Counted from the first letter of the stretch, positions 19,663-30,732 are shown. The stretch: DNA of 64,000 nucleotides from Patescibacteria group bacterium (GCA_048538215.1 JBLYPV010000001.1:139495-203494), one strand, 5' to 3'. A program made the numbers and translations. Notes: generated by a model not told the origin, from the sequence alone.

Positions 19663-21075
19663 ATGAAAGACCAGATACGACTCTTTAATACCCTGAATCG
19701 CGACTATGAAATCTTTACTCCTTTAAAGAATAAGGAGGTTATGATTTATCATTGTGGCCCTACAGTGTATTGGACGCAACATATCGGCAATATGCGGGCA
19801 GCTTTTTTTGGTGATATTATTCATCGAACACTACTTTATGCCGGCTATAAGGTGATTTTTGTCCGAAATTATACTGATGTAGGACATTTATCCGGAGATA
19901 ATGAAGGCGATGCGGACACTGGCGAAGATAGAATGCAAAAAGCTGCTCGGCGCGAAGCTAGTACCCCAGAAGCAATCGCCCGTAAATACCAGCAGATGTT
20001 TGATGCTGATCTCGAGGCACTCAACATCCTCACTCCAGATCATCGTCCGCATGCTACAGAATATATTCAAGCGATGATCGCGATGATTGAAGAACTCATA
20101 GCAAAAAGCTATGCTTACCAAACAGAATTAGCTATATATTTTGATACGACAAAACTATCCGATTACTATAAATTATCTGGCCAAACAAAAGAAAAGCTTA
20201 CAAGCGGTGCCGGTACTGGTGAAGTGCGAGATAGTGATAAACATAATCCTGCTGATTTTGCTCTTTGGTTTTTCAAAAAGGGCGTTCATAGCAAAGCTCT
20301 ACAAACATGGTTAAATCCATTTTCTGACGTAGAAGGTTTCCCTGGGTGGCATATTGAGTGCTCCGCAATGATAAAAGAAATTCTAGGAACTACGATTGAC
20401 ATCCATCTTGGCGGTATAGAGCACATTCCCATCCACCACACTAATGAAATAGCGCAATCAGAATCTCTCAACAACGCACCTTTAGCACACTATTGGCTAC
20501 ACAACGAACACCTTGATGTTGATGGTGCAAAAATGAGCAAATCTGATGGTACCTCTTATTCTCTAGCAGATGTAATAAGCAAAGGATATAGCCCGCTGGA
20601 TTTGCGCTATTTTTTCCTTCAAGCTCATTATCGTAGCAAGCAAAATTTTACCTGGGAAGCGCTTAAAGCGGCACAGACCGCTCGCACTCGTCTCAATACC
20701 CAAATGAAAGCTTTGCCACAAAATGGCAAGGTAAATATAGATTGGAAAAGTAGATTCAAAGAGGCATTATTTAATGATTTCAACACTGCACAAGCTCTAG
20801 GAGTGGTAAATGAAATGCTCAAAAGCGATATTGATGGAGCCGACAAGCGCGCTACTATTCTTTCCTTTGATACTGTTCTTGGTTTGGAATTAGATATGAT
20901 AAAAGAAGGTACAATGGAAGTCCCCAATGAGATACAAACACTCTTCGACCTACGAAAGCAAGCTCGAGATGCTCAAAACTGGGAAAAATCAGATAGCTTA
21001 CGCGATGAAATGCTTTCTTTGGGATACGAGGTGCACGATACTCCGCAAGGACAAAGGATAAGCAAAAAAATATAA
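19663..21075 (+). CDS. cysS: cysteine--tRNA ligase
   Basis: CGPTVY..HIGN, GFPGWHIECSAM, KMSKS. Confidence 0.98.
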   Translation: MKDQIRLFNTLNRDYEIFTPLKNKEVMIYHCGPTVYWTQHIGNMRAAFFGDIIHRTLLYAGYKVIFVRNYTDVGHLSGDNEGDADTGEDRMQKAARREASTPEAIARKYQQMFDADLEALNILTPDHRPHATEYIQAMIAMIEELIAKSYAYQTELAIYFDTTKLSDYYKLSGQTKEKLTSGAGTGEVRDSDKHNPADFALWFFKKGVHSKALQTWLNPFSDVEGFPGWHIECSAMIKEILGTTIDIHLGGIEHIPIHHTNEIAQSESLNNAPLAHYWLHNEHLDVDGAKMSKSDGTSYSLADVISKGYSPLDLRYFFLQAHYRSKQNFTWEALKAAQTARTRLNTQMKALPQNGKVNIDWKSRFKEALFNDFNTAQALGVVNEMLKSDIDGADKRATILSFDTVLGLELDMIKEGTMEVPNEIQTLFDLRKQARDAQNWEKSDSLRDEMLSLGYEVHDTPQGQRISKKI

Positions 21076-21088
21076 ATTGAATTAAGAT

Positions 21089-21718
21089 CTACTTTCGCTT
21101 TAGAGATATCTTCATTCTGTAAATATCCTTACCCTCATCTATTTTCACGCGCTCCCAGTGGCTCTGTATGCCCCACAGTGGCTCTTGATACTCTTCGTGC
21201 TCCCATTGTGGCATCTCGTCGACAAGTGCTTGTGTATCGAAAAAGAGCGACTCTTGATCAGTTTGAAATACAAGCAAACTTTCATAATCAAATAGTAGCG
21301 CTAAAGTATCTAAAAATTGCCTTGTTACAATTCGCCGTTTTTTGTGCTTATCCTTAAGCCAAGGATCAGGGAAATTTACAAATATATAGGCTATCCTACT
21401 CCCCTGCTCCACTGATGACTGGAGTAAGCCTTGTATATTATTCGCACTATTGCCAGTAAAAACCCGCACATTCCCATACTGGTTAAACAATTCTTCTAAA
21501 TACCAAGCAAACGGCTTGCGAATCTCTGTAACTATATAATTATAGCTCCTGCCAAAAGCACCCAGTAGTTTGCTCGTAAATTCACCTTTGTATGCCCCAA
21601 TGTCGACTATAATTGGCTGAGTATTTCCAAAGCCCTCAAATCGAATTTCTGTACGGTCTGCCAGTGGATTTACATGTTTTCGTACTCGTTTGGGCATTCT
21701 TGGCTTAACGCTTGGCAT
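21089..21718 (-). CDS. trmB: tRNA (guanine-N7)-methyltransferase
   Basis: RKHVNP, DIGAYKG, NFPDPW.K.KHKKRR, QTD. Confidence 0.93.
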   Translation of the reverse strand: MPSVKPRMPKRVRKHVNPLADRTEIRFEGFGNTQPIIVDIGAYKGEFTSKLLGAFGRSYNYIVTEIRKPFAWYLEELFNQYGNVRVFTGNSANNIQGLLQSSVEQGSRIAYIFVNFPDPWLKDKHKKRRIVTRQFLDTLALLFDYESLLVFQTDQESLFFDTQALVDEMPQWEHEEYQEPLWGIQSHWERVKIDEGKDIYRMKISLKRK

Positions 21719-21729
21719 AACAATACACT

Positions 21730-22725
21730 TTACTGTTTGGCCAAAAATCGTTTAACATCATCGGGAATACCATCATCCTTATGATCTTCTTTGTTGTCTT
21801 TATCTCCATCATCATGAGAAGTATAGTGCTCAAATATGATTAAAAGAATTGGTGCGAGTGCAAGAGATGAGTAAGTCCCTGCAATAACACCTATTGCTAA
21901 AACATAAGCAAATGGAGCAGTGGTTGGCCCACCAAAAATTGCTAAGGAGATCATCGCCACAAAAGTAGTCGTGGATGTCATAAGCGAACGACGCAAGCTC
22001 GCACGAACGGCCTGCCCTACTACCTTGGCAAATTCTTCACCTCGTGGGTAACTTTTATTTTTAGCATAATAATCATTCAAAATTTCACGAATTCTATCAA
22101 AGATCACGATGGTATCATTCACTGAATATCCAAGAGTAGCCAGAATCGCTGTTACAAATAAGACATCGATTTGATAGTCTATAAAAATACTACCAAGCAG
22201 AGCAAAGACCCCTACAGGAATAATAGTATCGTGCGCAAGAGCAACGACCGCAGTGAGGCCATACTTAAAGCTAGACACGGGCTGAGAGATACCTCTGAAT
22301 GCGTAGGCAATAAAAATAATAATTAATACAATTACGAGCGCAATGGCGAACAAAGATTTATTAACAAGCTCAGCAGAAAAAGCAGGTCCGAGTGACTTGA
22401 ATCGCACATCACTTATAGCAATCTCCCCTCCCCTGCTCAGTATATTCTGAATCTCTTTCTTATTCTCTTCACTAATACTTATATCTTTTATCAAGACATT
22501 CTGCTCGCCAGATAATTGTACAATTGCTGTAGGCAACTCCTGCTTTACTGACGCCTCAAGAGTATCAAGAGACGGACGATCTGCCTCATAAGCCACCTCA
22601 TAAACTGAGCCACCTTGAAAATCAATACTAGAGTTGAATCCAAATATTCCCACCATAGCTATACTAGCCAGTACAAATACGGATGTGATTGAGAGAAAGA
22701 TTCGTTTATGTGCCAAAATATACAT
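21730..22725 (-). CDS. secF: protein translocase subunit SecF
   Basis: IDFQGG, ALAHD, GYSVNDTIVIFDRIRE. Confidence 0.97.
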   Translation of the reverse strand: MYILAHKRIFLSITSVFVLASIAMVGIFGFNSSIDFQGGSVYEVAYEADRPSLDTLEASVKQELPTAIVQLSGEQNVLIKDISISEENKKEIQNILSRGGEIAISDVRFKSLGPAFSAELVNKSLFAIALVIVLIIIFIAYAFRGISQPVSSFKYGLTAVVALAHDTIIPVGVFALLGSIFIDYQIDVLFVTAILATLGYSVNDTIVIFDRIREILNDYYAKNKSYPRGEEFAKVVGQAVRASLRRSLMTSTTTFVAMISLAIFGGPTTAPFAYVLAIGVIAGTYSSLALAPILLIIFEHYTSHDDGDKDNKEDHKDDGIPDDVKRFLAKQ

Positions 22726-22745
22726 AGTAGTAATAAATTATTGAT

Positions 22746-24026
22746 TTAGAGGAAAAAACGTTTGAACCATTCTGAGTCTATGGCGATCGCTTTTAATAAA
22801 CTTCGGGTGATTACCACAGCTGTAAACATAGAGAGTAATATACCTACTCCAAAAGAAAGCGCAAATCCTTTTACAAAGGAAGTAGTGAGATAGTAAAGAA
22901 TAATTGCCACAATGATTGAAGAAAGATTACCATCACGAATAGATGGCCAAGCTCGAGCAAATCCTATGTGAATTGCTTCGTTGAGCGAAGCGGATGAATA
23001 ATACATTTCTTCACGAATTCGCTCAAAAATGAGTACATTCGCGTCAACCGCCATACCGATAGTAATAATAATACCTGCAATCCCTGCTGCTGTAAGATCA
23101 GTACCGGTGAGTTTGAAATAAGCAAGGAGTAGCAGTATATAAATTGCTAATGCAATACTTGCTACTACCCCCGCAATCCGATAGAGTGCTATTAAAATGA
23201 GAGCAATCATAGCTAAAGCTACCCATCCAGCAATTATCCCCTTCTCAAGGATATCGTGCCCAAGAGTAGGAGAAATAGACTGAGTAGATACGAGTTCGAT
23301 AGGAATAGGCAGTGCGCCAAACTGTAAATTTTGAGCCAAATTAGCCGCCTCTTCCCTACTAAACTGACCATAAATTTGAGCATTTCCGTTGCTGATAGCT
23401 GTTTGTATCACTGGTGCTGAAATAAGCTCACCGTCCAAAAAGATTCCTAAAGCTCTTCCTACATTTTCTCGAGTAATATCAGCAAATAATTTTGTGCCTG
23501 TGCTGTCAAATTGCAAGCTCACAGTGTGTTGACCAGTTTGTGGATTAGTAGATACCACAGCATTATCAATATAGCGACCGGTAAGCTCAGTAGGTACAAA
23601 GCGATCGGTGGTGCTCGTGCCTGTGATAATTCCAGATTGTTCAAGCCGAAAATCTAAAGTAGGTATAGCACCAATCAAACTTTTTGCTTCTTCTGCATCA
23701 AATACGCCTGGAATCTCTACATTGATGCGATAGCTTTCCTCATTATTCTGTGCAAATATCGACGCCTCTTCTATTGTCACCCGAATATCGCTTGATCCAA
23801 GTGCATTTAATCGAGCTTCAAGTACAGCACGGAGAGCGCTCATTGAGCCTTGCACATCTCCTGGATCAAGCTCAGAAATATCAGCTTGGTACACAAGCTG
23901 GGTACCTCCAGCAAGGTCAAGCCCCAGATCGAAACCACCATTAGGATCATCTTTTGATGATAAAAGCCCTACTAAGAGTAAGCCGGCAAAAATAAATATC
24001 GAGATGAGCGGTAATAAGCGCTTCAT
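22746..24026 (-). CDS. secD: protein translocase subunit SecD
   Basis: LGLDLAGG, GMAVDANVLIFERIREE. Confidence 0.97.
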   Translation of the reverse strand: MKRLLPLISIFIFAGLLLVGLLSSKDDPNGGFDLGLDLAGGTQLVYQADISELDPGDVQGSMSALRAVLEARLNALGSSDIRVTIEEASIFAQNNEESYRINVEIPGVFDAEEAKSLIGAIPTLDFRLEQSGIITGTSTTDRFVPTELTGRYIDNAVVSTNPQTGQHTVSLQFDSTGTKLFADITRENVGRALGIFLDGELISAPVIQTAISNGNAQIYGQFSREEAANLAQNLQFGALPIPIELVSTQSISPTLGHDILEKGIIAGWVALAMIALILIALYRIAGVVASIALAIYILLLLAYFKLTGTDLTAAGIAGIIITIGMAVDANVLIFERIREEMYYSSASLNEAIHIGFARAWPSIRDGNLSSIIVAIILYYLTTSFVKGFALSFGVGILLSMFTAVVITRSLLKAIAIDSEWFKRFFL

Positions 24027-24072
24027 AAATAAGTGAAAATAATTATATCAGATAATCTACATAAACCAAGAT

Positions 24073-24381
24073 CTATTTTTTTCTTTTACTTGCAAGGATT
24101 AAAGCATCTATATTATCATTTTCCCTAAAATGATCCCGACTAGTTGCACCACAGGAAAGACACTTATGTACTAAAGTATAGCCATCTCCTTTGCGAATGA
24201 TATCCGCAACTGGCATTAGTCCAGCGCAATCTTCGAGCCTATCACCCGGAAATACATCAAGATGTTTACTATATAAGCAGTTGGGGCAGTGATTCGTAAA
24301 GCCGTCCCCTTTTACCTCGTAAGTGCAGTGCTCACAAATAAAGTCTTCTACTCGTTTCTGAAACTTTTTTACTACATTCAT
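24073..24381 (-). CDS. RNHCP domain protein
   Basis: F.CEHC, TNHCPNCLYSKHLD..PGDR...C.G.M. Confidence 0.9.
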   Translation of the reverse strand: MNVVKKFQKRVEDFICEHCTYEVKGDGFTNHCPNCLYSKHLDVFPGDRLEDCAGLMPVADIIRKGDGYTLVHKCLSCGATSRDHFRENDNIDALILASKRKK

Positions 24382-24382
24382 A

Positions 24383-25522
24383 TTATGCTTCGTGAAGCCG
24401 AGCTATTTCGAGAATTTCATCAGCAATTTTGAGTGCTGAATCCTTACGGCTAAATGCCTTAGCTGCTTCAATCATTTCATTTCTAATATCATCATCATTC
24501 ATAATCCGTTCGATTTCTGAATACAAGATACTTGCTGATAAATTACTCTGTTTTATAACTGTCGAAGCCCCGCTTCGTGCATAAGCAAAGGCATTGGATT
24601 CTTGGTCGCGTGAAACATCTTCAGGGATTGGAATAAGAATTGATGGCAGTCCCCAATTTGCTACTTCGGAAATAGTACCTGCCCCAGCACGAATAATCGC
24701 TAAAGATGAAGCGCCTACAGACATACGCATTGCTAAATCATCAAGATATGGATATAGCTTGTAGCGAGATTTGAATGGATGATCATAAAGCACTACATCG
24801 CTATGCCCTTTTACCTCTTCAAAATTATTTTTACCACACTGGTGGATAACATTATATTTAAGTAGTAGCTTAGGAAGGGTATCTACCAAGACATCATTCA
24901 TTGCTTGTGCCCCTTGTGATCCACCCAAGACTAGAATGGTTGGAATATCTCTTGATAGCTCAAGAAACTCACGAGCACCACTTGATAAAGGCTTTTCAAT
25001 TTCATCACGAATTGGATTGCCAAGAAGGGCAATCTTGTTTTGATCTTTTTTTCGAAAGTACTTTGTTGCTCCCGGAAAAGCAATAGATATTTTTTTTGCA
25101 AAACGAGAGGCAAATATAAGCGCACGCCCAGGCACAGTATCAGAAGCATGAATGACTACTGGTATCCGTAATATTCTTGCAGATACCAATACGGGCATCG
25201 AAACATATGAGCCATTAGTAAAGACCACATCAGGATATAAGCGAAACATTAAAAAAAAGGTCTTAATAGTGCCAAATATGGTGGTGAATAGGTCGGTTAT
25301 ATTACGCCATGAGAAATACCGACGCATTTTTCCAGCATAAATTTTATGATAAATGATACCCTTTCGTAAAAGAAGGTTTTCGTTATATGGATCGTCAGCA
25401 AGATAGTGTATTTCCGGTACCAACATCTTTCGATCCTCAGCTGATTCAATGATTTTGTCTGCTACTGCAATAAGTGGGTAGAAGTGTCCCCCAGATCCTC
25501 CCCCCGTTATGACTATTTTCAT
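24383..25522 (-). CDS. murG: undecaprenyl-PP-MurNAc-pentapeptide GlcNAc transferase
   Basis: TGGGSGGHFYP, GNPIR, LGGSQGA. Confidence 0.96.
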   Translation of the reverse strand: MKIVITGGGSGGHFYPLIAVADKIIESAEDRKMLVPEIHYLADDPYNENLLLRKGIIYHKIYAGKMRRYFSWRNITDLFTTIFGTIKTFFLMFRLYPDVVFTNGSYVSMPVLVSARILRIPVVIHASDTVPGRALIFASRFAKKISIAFPGATKYFRKKDQNKIALLGNPIRDEIEKPLSSGAREFLELSRDIPTILVLGGSQGAQAMNDVLVDTLPKLLLKYNVIHQCGKNNFEEVKGHSDVVLYDHPFKSRYKLYPYLDDLAMRMSVGASSLAIIRAGAGTISEVANWGLPSILIPIPEDVSRDQESNAFAYARSGASTVIKQSNLSASILYSEIERIMNDDDIRNEMIEAAKAFSRKDSALKIADEILEIARLHEA

Positions 25523-25546
25523 ACAAAACAATTATATCACAAGAGC

Positions 25547-26689
25547 CTATATTCTTTGTGAGCGACGATTACTAAGGGTTATACGAGATATATTTACCAA
25601 GATCGCGATTACTAATAGTGAGGTAACGATCGACGAACCCCCTTTTGAAATGAATACTAGGGGCATACCCGAGAGTGGCAACATACCAAGCATTGCCATA
25701 ATATTATAAAGAGCTTGAGCAAGAAGCAAGACAGTTAGCCCTACCGCTATATACCTACCAAATTCTTCGCGAGTATCGAGAGCAATCTTCAATCCAGAAT
25801 AAAAAAGTAGGAAGTATAGTGAAAGTAGCGCCATAGTGCCAGCAAAGCCCCACTCTTCACTATATACAGCAAAAATACTATCAGTAAGAGGTTCAGGTAA
25901 GTGCTTATGTTTTTGTAATGATTCACCAAAGCCTCTACCAATAATCTCTCCTGCACCGATAGTCATCACTGATTGAATAATTTGATACCCATTACCTTGG
26001 GGATCATAATTTTCATTTGAATATGCGTGTATCCGTTCTCGAGCGTACTCTCCTTGTGGCGTAAAAAGTATGTATCCACCTAAAGCAAGCCCGGCAAGCA
26101 AAAAAATACCAAGTGTGTAGCGGAATCGGATACGAGACACTAGAAGCATTGCAAGGCAAGCAATACTTGTAATAAATAGAGTCCCCATATCTCTTATGGA
26201 TATCATTAGAACAAAGAAGATCGATGCTAATAAGCCAATAATGCCTAGGGTATACCATATATTATCTATCTCCTTACGAAAACGAACAATCAAAAAAGCA
26301 AGCATAATAATTATTGCTATCTTAAATAGCTCTGATGGTTGAATTACAGTAATACCGATATCGAGCCATCTATTTGCTCCATTTTTTGTCACCCCAAGAG
26401 GACTAAATACTAGAAGCTGTAAAAATAGTGTGGCGATAAAAAAATATAAAGCATATGATTTCTTATACAGTAATCGATAATCAATAGATTTTATATATAT
26501 AGCAAGGTATATCATTAGAAATCCAATCGACAAACTTACAAGCTGTATAAGGAGAGTCCTGTAGAAAGTCATCTGTGAGTCTAATAGACTTAAGGATGCT
26601 GAGAAGAGAGAGATCATTCCTAATATACAGAGGAGCACAGTAATGATTATGAGAGACTTATGATATACAGGGCGCTTAATCAGTTTCAT
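25547..26689 (-). CDS. ftsW: SEDS family peptidoglycan polymerase FtsW/RodA
   Basis: NGANRW, QPSE..K, LPEPLTDSIFAV..EEWG, SKGGSS; upstream of murG. Confidence 0.93.
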   Translation of the reverse strand: MKLIKRPVYHKSLIIITVLLCILGMISLFSASLSLLDSQMTFYRTLLIQLVSLSIGFLMIYLAIYIKSIDYRLLYKKSYALYFFIATLFLQLLVFSPLGVTKNGANRWLDIGITVIQPSELFKIAIIIMLAFLIVRFRKEIDNIWYTLGIIGLLASIFFVLMISIRDMGTLFITSIACLAMLLVSRIRFRYTLGIFLLAGLALGGYILFTPQGEYARERIHAYSNENYDPQGNGYQIIQSVMTIGAGEIIGRGFGESLQKHKHLPEPLTDSIFAVYSEEWGFAGTMALLSLYFLLFYSGLKIALDTREEFGRYIAVGLTVLLLAQALYNIMAMLGMLPLSGMPLVFISKGGSSIVTSLLVIAILVNISRITLSNRRSQRI

Positions 26690-26737
26690 ATTTGTATTAT
26701 AGCACCTTGCAGAATTGCTATCTTGATGTATATTGTT

Positions 26738-27100
26738 GATACTTCTATGGAAGATAGTTGCCCGGCCGTGTATATGATACGCGGAGGGAGGAAAGTCCGG
26801 ACTTGTATCAACGGTAGCAGGTAACGCCTGCCTGGAGTGATCCTAGCGATGCGAGCAGAGACGCTATAATAAGTAATTATTATAGACACTAGTGCTTTAA
26901 ATGATAGTGTAGTCTCTCATTGTGGGCACCGCATGAGAGGGTGAAACGGCTAAATTCGTACTGGCAAGCAAGGCCGTGTTGGAATTTTTCCATCGAGCCG
27001 CAAAGAATTACTTGGCGACAAGTAATCAAGGTAAATAACTATCAGCACACACAACAACCGTGTGTGCGACAGAATCCGGCTTACGAAGTAGAAGTACATC
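26738..27100 (+). ncRNA. rnpB: RNase P RNA
   Basis: GAGGAAAGTCCGG (CR I), GGGTGAAACGG and ACAGAATCCGGCTTA (CR V); P1 pairing tacttcta/tagaagta. Confidence 0.95.
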
Positions 27101-27101
27101 G

Positions 27102-27133
27102 AAACAAGCGCCTCATCGGCGCTTGTTTTGTTT
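27102..27133. terminator. bidirectional terminator between rnpB and proS
   Basis: aaacaagcgcc-tcatc-ggcgcttgttt. Confidence 0.75.
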
Positions 27134-28391
27134 AAGTAAATTTTGCAAGAGCTTCATCGATTGAAAGAATACTCGACTCATCTTCGGCACGATGCTTGTA
27201 TTCGACTCCACCTTGCTCAAGCGAACGGCTCGAAATAGTAATTCGATGTGGAATGCCAATTAAATCAGCATCGGCGAATTTTTCTCCTGCTCGAGCATCA
27301 CGATCATCATACAGCACATCCACCCCTCTTGCCCTAAGCTCAAGGTATAGGGCTTCCGCTTGCTTATCTTCACCAATAGAAATAAGATGTATTTGAAATG
27401 GCGCTATTGCTTCTGGCCACACAAGCCCCTTAGCATCTGAAAGAACCTCGGCGATAGTACCCATAAGTCTTGCTGGGCCAATTCCATATGAGCCCATATA
27501 GACTGGTTGTTGCCTCCCCTCTTCGTCGGTATAAAATAAGCCAATTGCTTCGGAGTATTTTGTACCTAAGGGGAATATATTGCCCACCTCAATAGATTTT
27601 TTATTATCTAATTTGGATCTATCGAGTCGTAATTCTTCCATTGTGGCATCGTCAAACACCCCTTCTTCATCATTGATAGCGATATTTTTATCATAATCTA
27701 TCGAGATTGTATCTTCACCGGCATCAGATAAAGTTTGGAATTCATCGCTAAATTTTGAAAATGATCCTCCCCCAGCGTATGTTCGATAGGTAATATCTCC
27801 TATACCAAGGCGATTGAATATTCGTGTATAGGCATCTGCGCACTGCTCATAAAAAATTCTAAAAGAAGCTTCATCTTTAGAAAAGGAATATAGATCTTTC
27901 ATTACAAATTCTCGCGTTCGCATTATGCCACTTTTTGCCCTAACCTCATTTCTAAATTTAGTTTGAAATTGATAAGCATATTTAGGAAGATCTTTGTAAG
28001 ATGTAATATGATGACTCATAAGAGCAGTCAGAGCTTCTTCATGAGTGTTTGCAAGCCCAAGCTCACTTCCACTATGAAAATTGTCACCACTGTGTAGGTG
28101 AGTTTTAAACCATACATCAACCACAGAGTCCTCCCATCGTCCTGATTTCTTCCAAGCTTCTGGATTTTGTAGGGTGGTCATATGCAACTCTTGTCCACCA
28201 ATAGCATTCATTTCTTCCCTGATTATCTCGACAATTTTATTAAAGGTGCGTAACCCCAAAGGAAGCATATCGTACACGCCAGCCATCTCTTTGTGTATGT
28301 AGCCTGCCTGTATCAATAGCTGAGCATTACGAGAGACTTCATCCGTCGGTGCTTCTTTGCGAGTTTTAGTAAGTAATTGCGAGTGTTTCAT
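27132..28391 (-). CDS. proS: proline--tRNA ligase (short form, no editing domain)
   Basis: LLIQAGYI, KFRNEVRAKSGIMRTREF.MKD.YSF, MGSYGIG. Confidence 0.96.
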   Translation of the reverse strand: MKHSQLLTKTRKEAPTDEVSRNAQLLIQAGYIHKEMAGVYDMLPLGLRTFNKIVEIIREEMNAIGGQELHMTTLQNPEAWKKSGRWEDSVVDVWFKTHLHSGDNFHSGSELGLANTHEEALTALMSHHITSYKDLPKYAYQFQTKFRNEVRAKSGIMRTREFVMKDLYSFSKDEASFRIFYEQCADAYTRIFNRLGIGDITYRTYAGGGSFSKFSDEFQTLSDAGEDTISIDYDKNIAINDEEGVFDDATMEELRLDRSKLDNKKSIEVGNIFPLGTKYSEAIGLFYTDEEGRQQPVYMGSYGIGPARLMGTIAEVLSDAKGLVWPEAIAPFQIHLISIGEDKQAEALYLELRARGVDVLYDDRDARAGEKFADADLIGIPHRITISSRSLEQGGVEYKHRAEDESSILSIDEALAKFT

Positions 28392-28442
28392 ATTAGCATT
28401 GTAGCAAATATCATTTGTTTGCCTACTTGTGTCTTAGGTATT

Positions 28443-29417
28443 TTATAATTGGAGTAGTTCCTTCACAATCTTGGAGGCATCATGTCGGATGAGGGATCGC
28501 TTCACCGTATCACCTTTTTGTGGAATATGCTTTTCTTTGGCAATAAATTTTTTTGCGATTGTTTTAATCGACAAACTATTAATATCCCCCGGATGTATCA
28601 GATGCTCTCCATCTTGACGATACTTTTCTTCCAAATCTTTATCCCTTAATTCGAGCTGAGTGTTGTATAGCAAGACATCTATAAATGCATAGTCTACTGC
28701 CTTATGAGCTTGTGACACAAAATCGACGACTGTCATATCAGTCGTGTGTCCATATTTGGAAACTAGATTTGAAATAAATACTTTTGTTGCGCGTGAATCT
28801 CGTAGAGCTTGATGCATTCCATGTATCAGTAAATTTGGCATAATTGAGCAGTAAAAGTTGCCAGGGCAAATGACTACCATATCAGCTTCCCTTATGGCCT
28901 TTGATGCTTTAGGGTTGATAGGAGTATGTTTATTAAAATATATGGCACGGGGATTGGCTACTACTGATTCATCTATTCTATCCTCACCATAAAAAATTTC
29001 ATCATTGTGAGTTTCGATAATTAATTGAGAATTTTCAAGGGTAATTGGCAAAACAGCACCTTTTGTTTGTAAAATGCGACTTGCTTGCTCAAGTGATTTT
29101 TCAAAAGAGCCAGTCATTTTTTCTAGTGCTCCCAAGACGAGATTCCCCATTGTATGTCCACTCAGTCCTCCCTCGCTAAAGCGATAGGTAAATAGCTCTC
29201 GCCACACATCCTGAGCACCAGAAAGTGCTACAAGTGCTTGCCGAGCATCCCCTGCTGGTAGTACACCAAGCTCATCCCGTAAAAGCCCTGTAGACCCACC
29301 CGCATCAGTCATATTTACAATAGCGGTAATATCGATATCGTCATGTCTAGCTAATTCGGACAAAAGCATAAACTGCCCAGTGCCACCCCCAATAGTCACT
29401 ATCCGTTTCTTTCGCAT
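28443..29417 (-). CDS. YvcK/GlmR (CofD-like) family protein
   Basis: TIGGGTG, DAGGSTGLLR, GHTMGNL, PGNFY.SI.PNL. Confidence 0.92.
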   Translation of the reverse strand: MRKKRIVTIGGGTGQFMLLSELARHDDIDITAIVNMTDAGGSTGLLRDELGVLPAGDARQALVALSGAQDVWRELFTYRFSEGGLSGHTMGNLVLGALEKMTGSFEKSLEQASRILQTKGAVLPITLENSQLIIETHNDEIFYGEDRIDESVVANPRAIYFNKHTPINPKASKAIREADMVVICPGNFYCSIMPNLLIHGMHQALRDSRATKVFISNLVSKYGHTTDMTVVDFVSQAHKAVDYAFIDVLLYNTQLELRDKDLEEKYRQDGEHLIHPGDINSLSIKTIAKKFIAKEKHIPQKGDTVKRSLIRHDASKIVKELLQL

Positions 29418-29491
29418 ACTATTATTGTATCAAAATTATAGCTAATCCTTTGCTGTGTATTAGATATCACTTCTTATAAAGTAACCCACTG

Positions 29492-30613
29492 TTATTCGTC
29501 CAGTGAATACTCTTTGGGCTTATCTAATGCTGCTGGCTCAAATACTTCTCCCCCACCGGTAATCTTTTGAGTGTCCCGACTAATCATACGGAGTTGCTTC
29601 CCGGAAGCATCATAGTGATTGATCACCGTGCCAAGGCTGTTGCCCATTTTTTCATGATATGTTTCATAGGCAGAAATATGCTTTTGCAAATCACCTACCT
29701 TTTTAATAATGGTGGTAGCCTGTTTTTCTATTTGTAATGCTCGTAAGCCCTGCATAATTGTTTGTAAATATGCGTAAAGTGTAGATGGTGAGACCACGAT
29801 TACTTTTTTTTCACGGAAGGCATACTCGAGAAAATTCTGACTATTGACTACCCCAATCTCAGAAATAAGCAAATCGTAATATATTCCCTCCGATGGAATA
29901 AACATAAATGCAAAATCCATTGTGCCCTCGTTTGGCTTGATATATTTGGCCGTTTCATTAATTCGTAGCTTGAGATCTTCTCTAAATTGTTTCTTATATT
30001 GTTCTTTAGTAACATCATCATTTGCTTGCACAATGTTGTTGTAATTTTCTAAGCTAAACTTACTATCAATTGCTAATAGCTTATCTCCATCAAGTTTAAT
30101 CACCGCATCTGCAATCAATCCATCCTTAAAACTATACTGAAAGGTATAGTTATCAGGCGGGAGTATGTTTTTGATAGTTGTTTCGAGAAAATATTCTCCA
30201 AGAGCACCTCGCTGTTTGCTATTCTGTAAAATATCTTGAAGGTTCTTTAATTGCTCACCAAAGCCAACCACCCGATCTTGCCCCTGTTTCACTTGATGTA
30301 ATTGCTCAGTAACCTGAGAAATAATTTTTTGCGATTCTTTGAATTGATCTTGTACCGACTGGGACATTTCTCTATGTGATTGTCCAAGCTTTTCATTGAG
30401 TTTTTCTGATAAATCAGATTTTAATTGTTCATTTGAAAGCTTGAGCTCATAATTAGAGCTGGCAATTTCTTGTAATTGTCGATAGAGAGTATCCCCCTCT
30501 TGCATATTATTATTGCGTAAAGAATGCCGTAAAAACCACCATAATATTGAAAATCCTATAATCAAAACGATTGAGGGCACTATACCTAGTAGAATAAGTG
30601 AATCGCTATCCAT
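29492..30613 (-). CDS. rmuC: DNA recombination protein RmuC
   Basis: K.RGALGE..LE, IDSKF, TMDFAFMFIPSEG, VSPSTL. Confidence 0.95.
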   Translation of the reverse strand: MDSDSLILLGIVPSIVLIIGFSILWWFLRHSLRNNNMQEGDTLYRQLQEIASSNYELKLSNEQLKSDLSEKLNEKLGQSHREMSQSVQDQFKESQKIISQVTEQLHQVKQGQDRVVGFGEQLKNLQDILQNSKQRGALGEYFLETTIKNILPPDNYTFQYSFKDGLIADAVIKLDGDKLLAIDSKFSLENYNNIVQANDDVTKEQYKKQFREDLKLRINETAKYIKPNEGTMDFAFMFIPSEGIYYDLLISEIGVVNSQNFLEYAFREKKVIVVSPSTLYAYLQTIMQGLRALQIEKQATTIIKKVGDLQKHISAYETYHEKMGNSLGTVINHYDASGKQLRMISRDTQKITGGGEVFEPAALDKPKEYSLDE

Positions 30614-30732
30614 AAGCCTATTGTACTATGGAGAGACAAACTTGTCTTGTGTAAATAGGTATTTTTTAAAAAAATTAGGTATTAATCCCTACACGTGTAG
30701 TTTTTATTACCTAATTTGGAAGTAGAAGAATA

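Noticed and set aside
26686-27135. ORFs overlapping rnpB
   Set aside because: The region is explained by the RNase P RNA.
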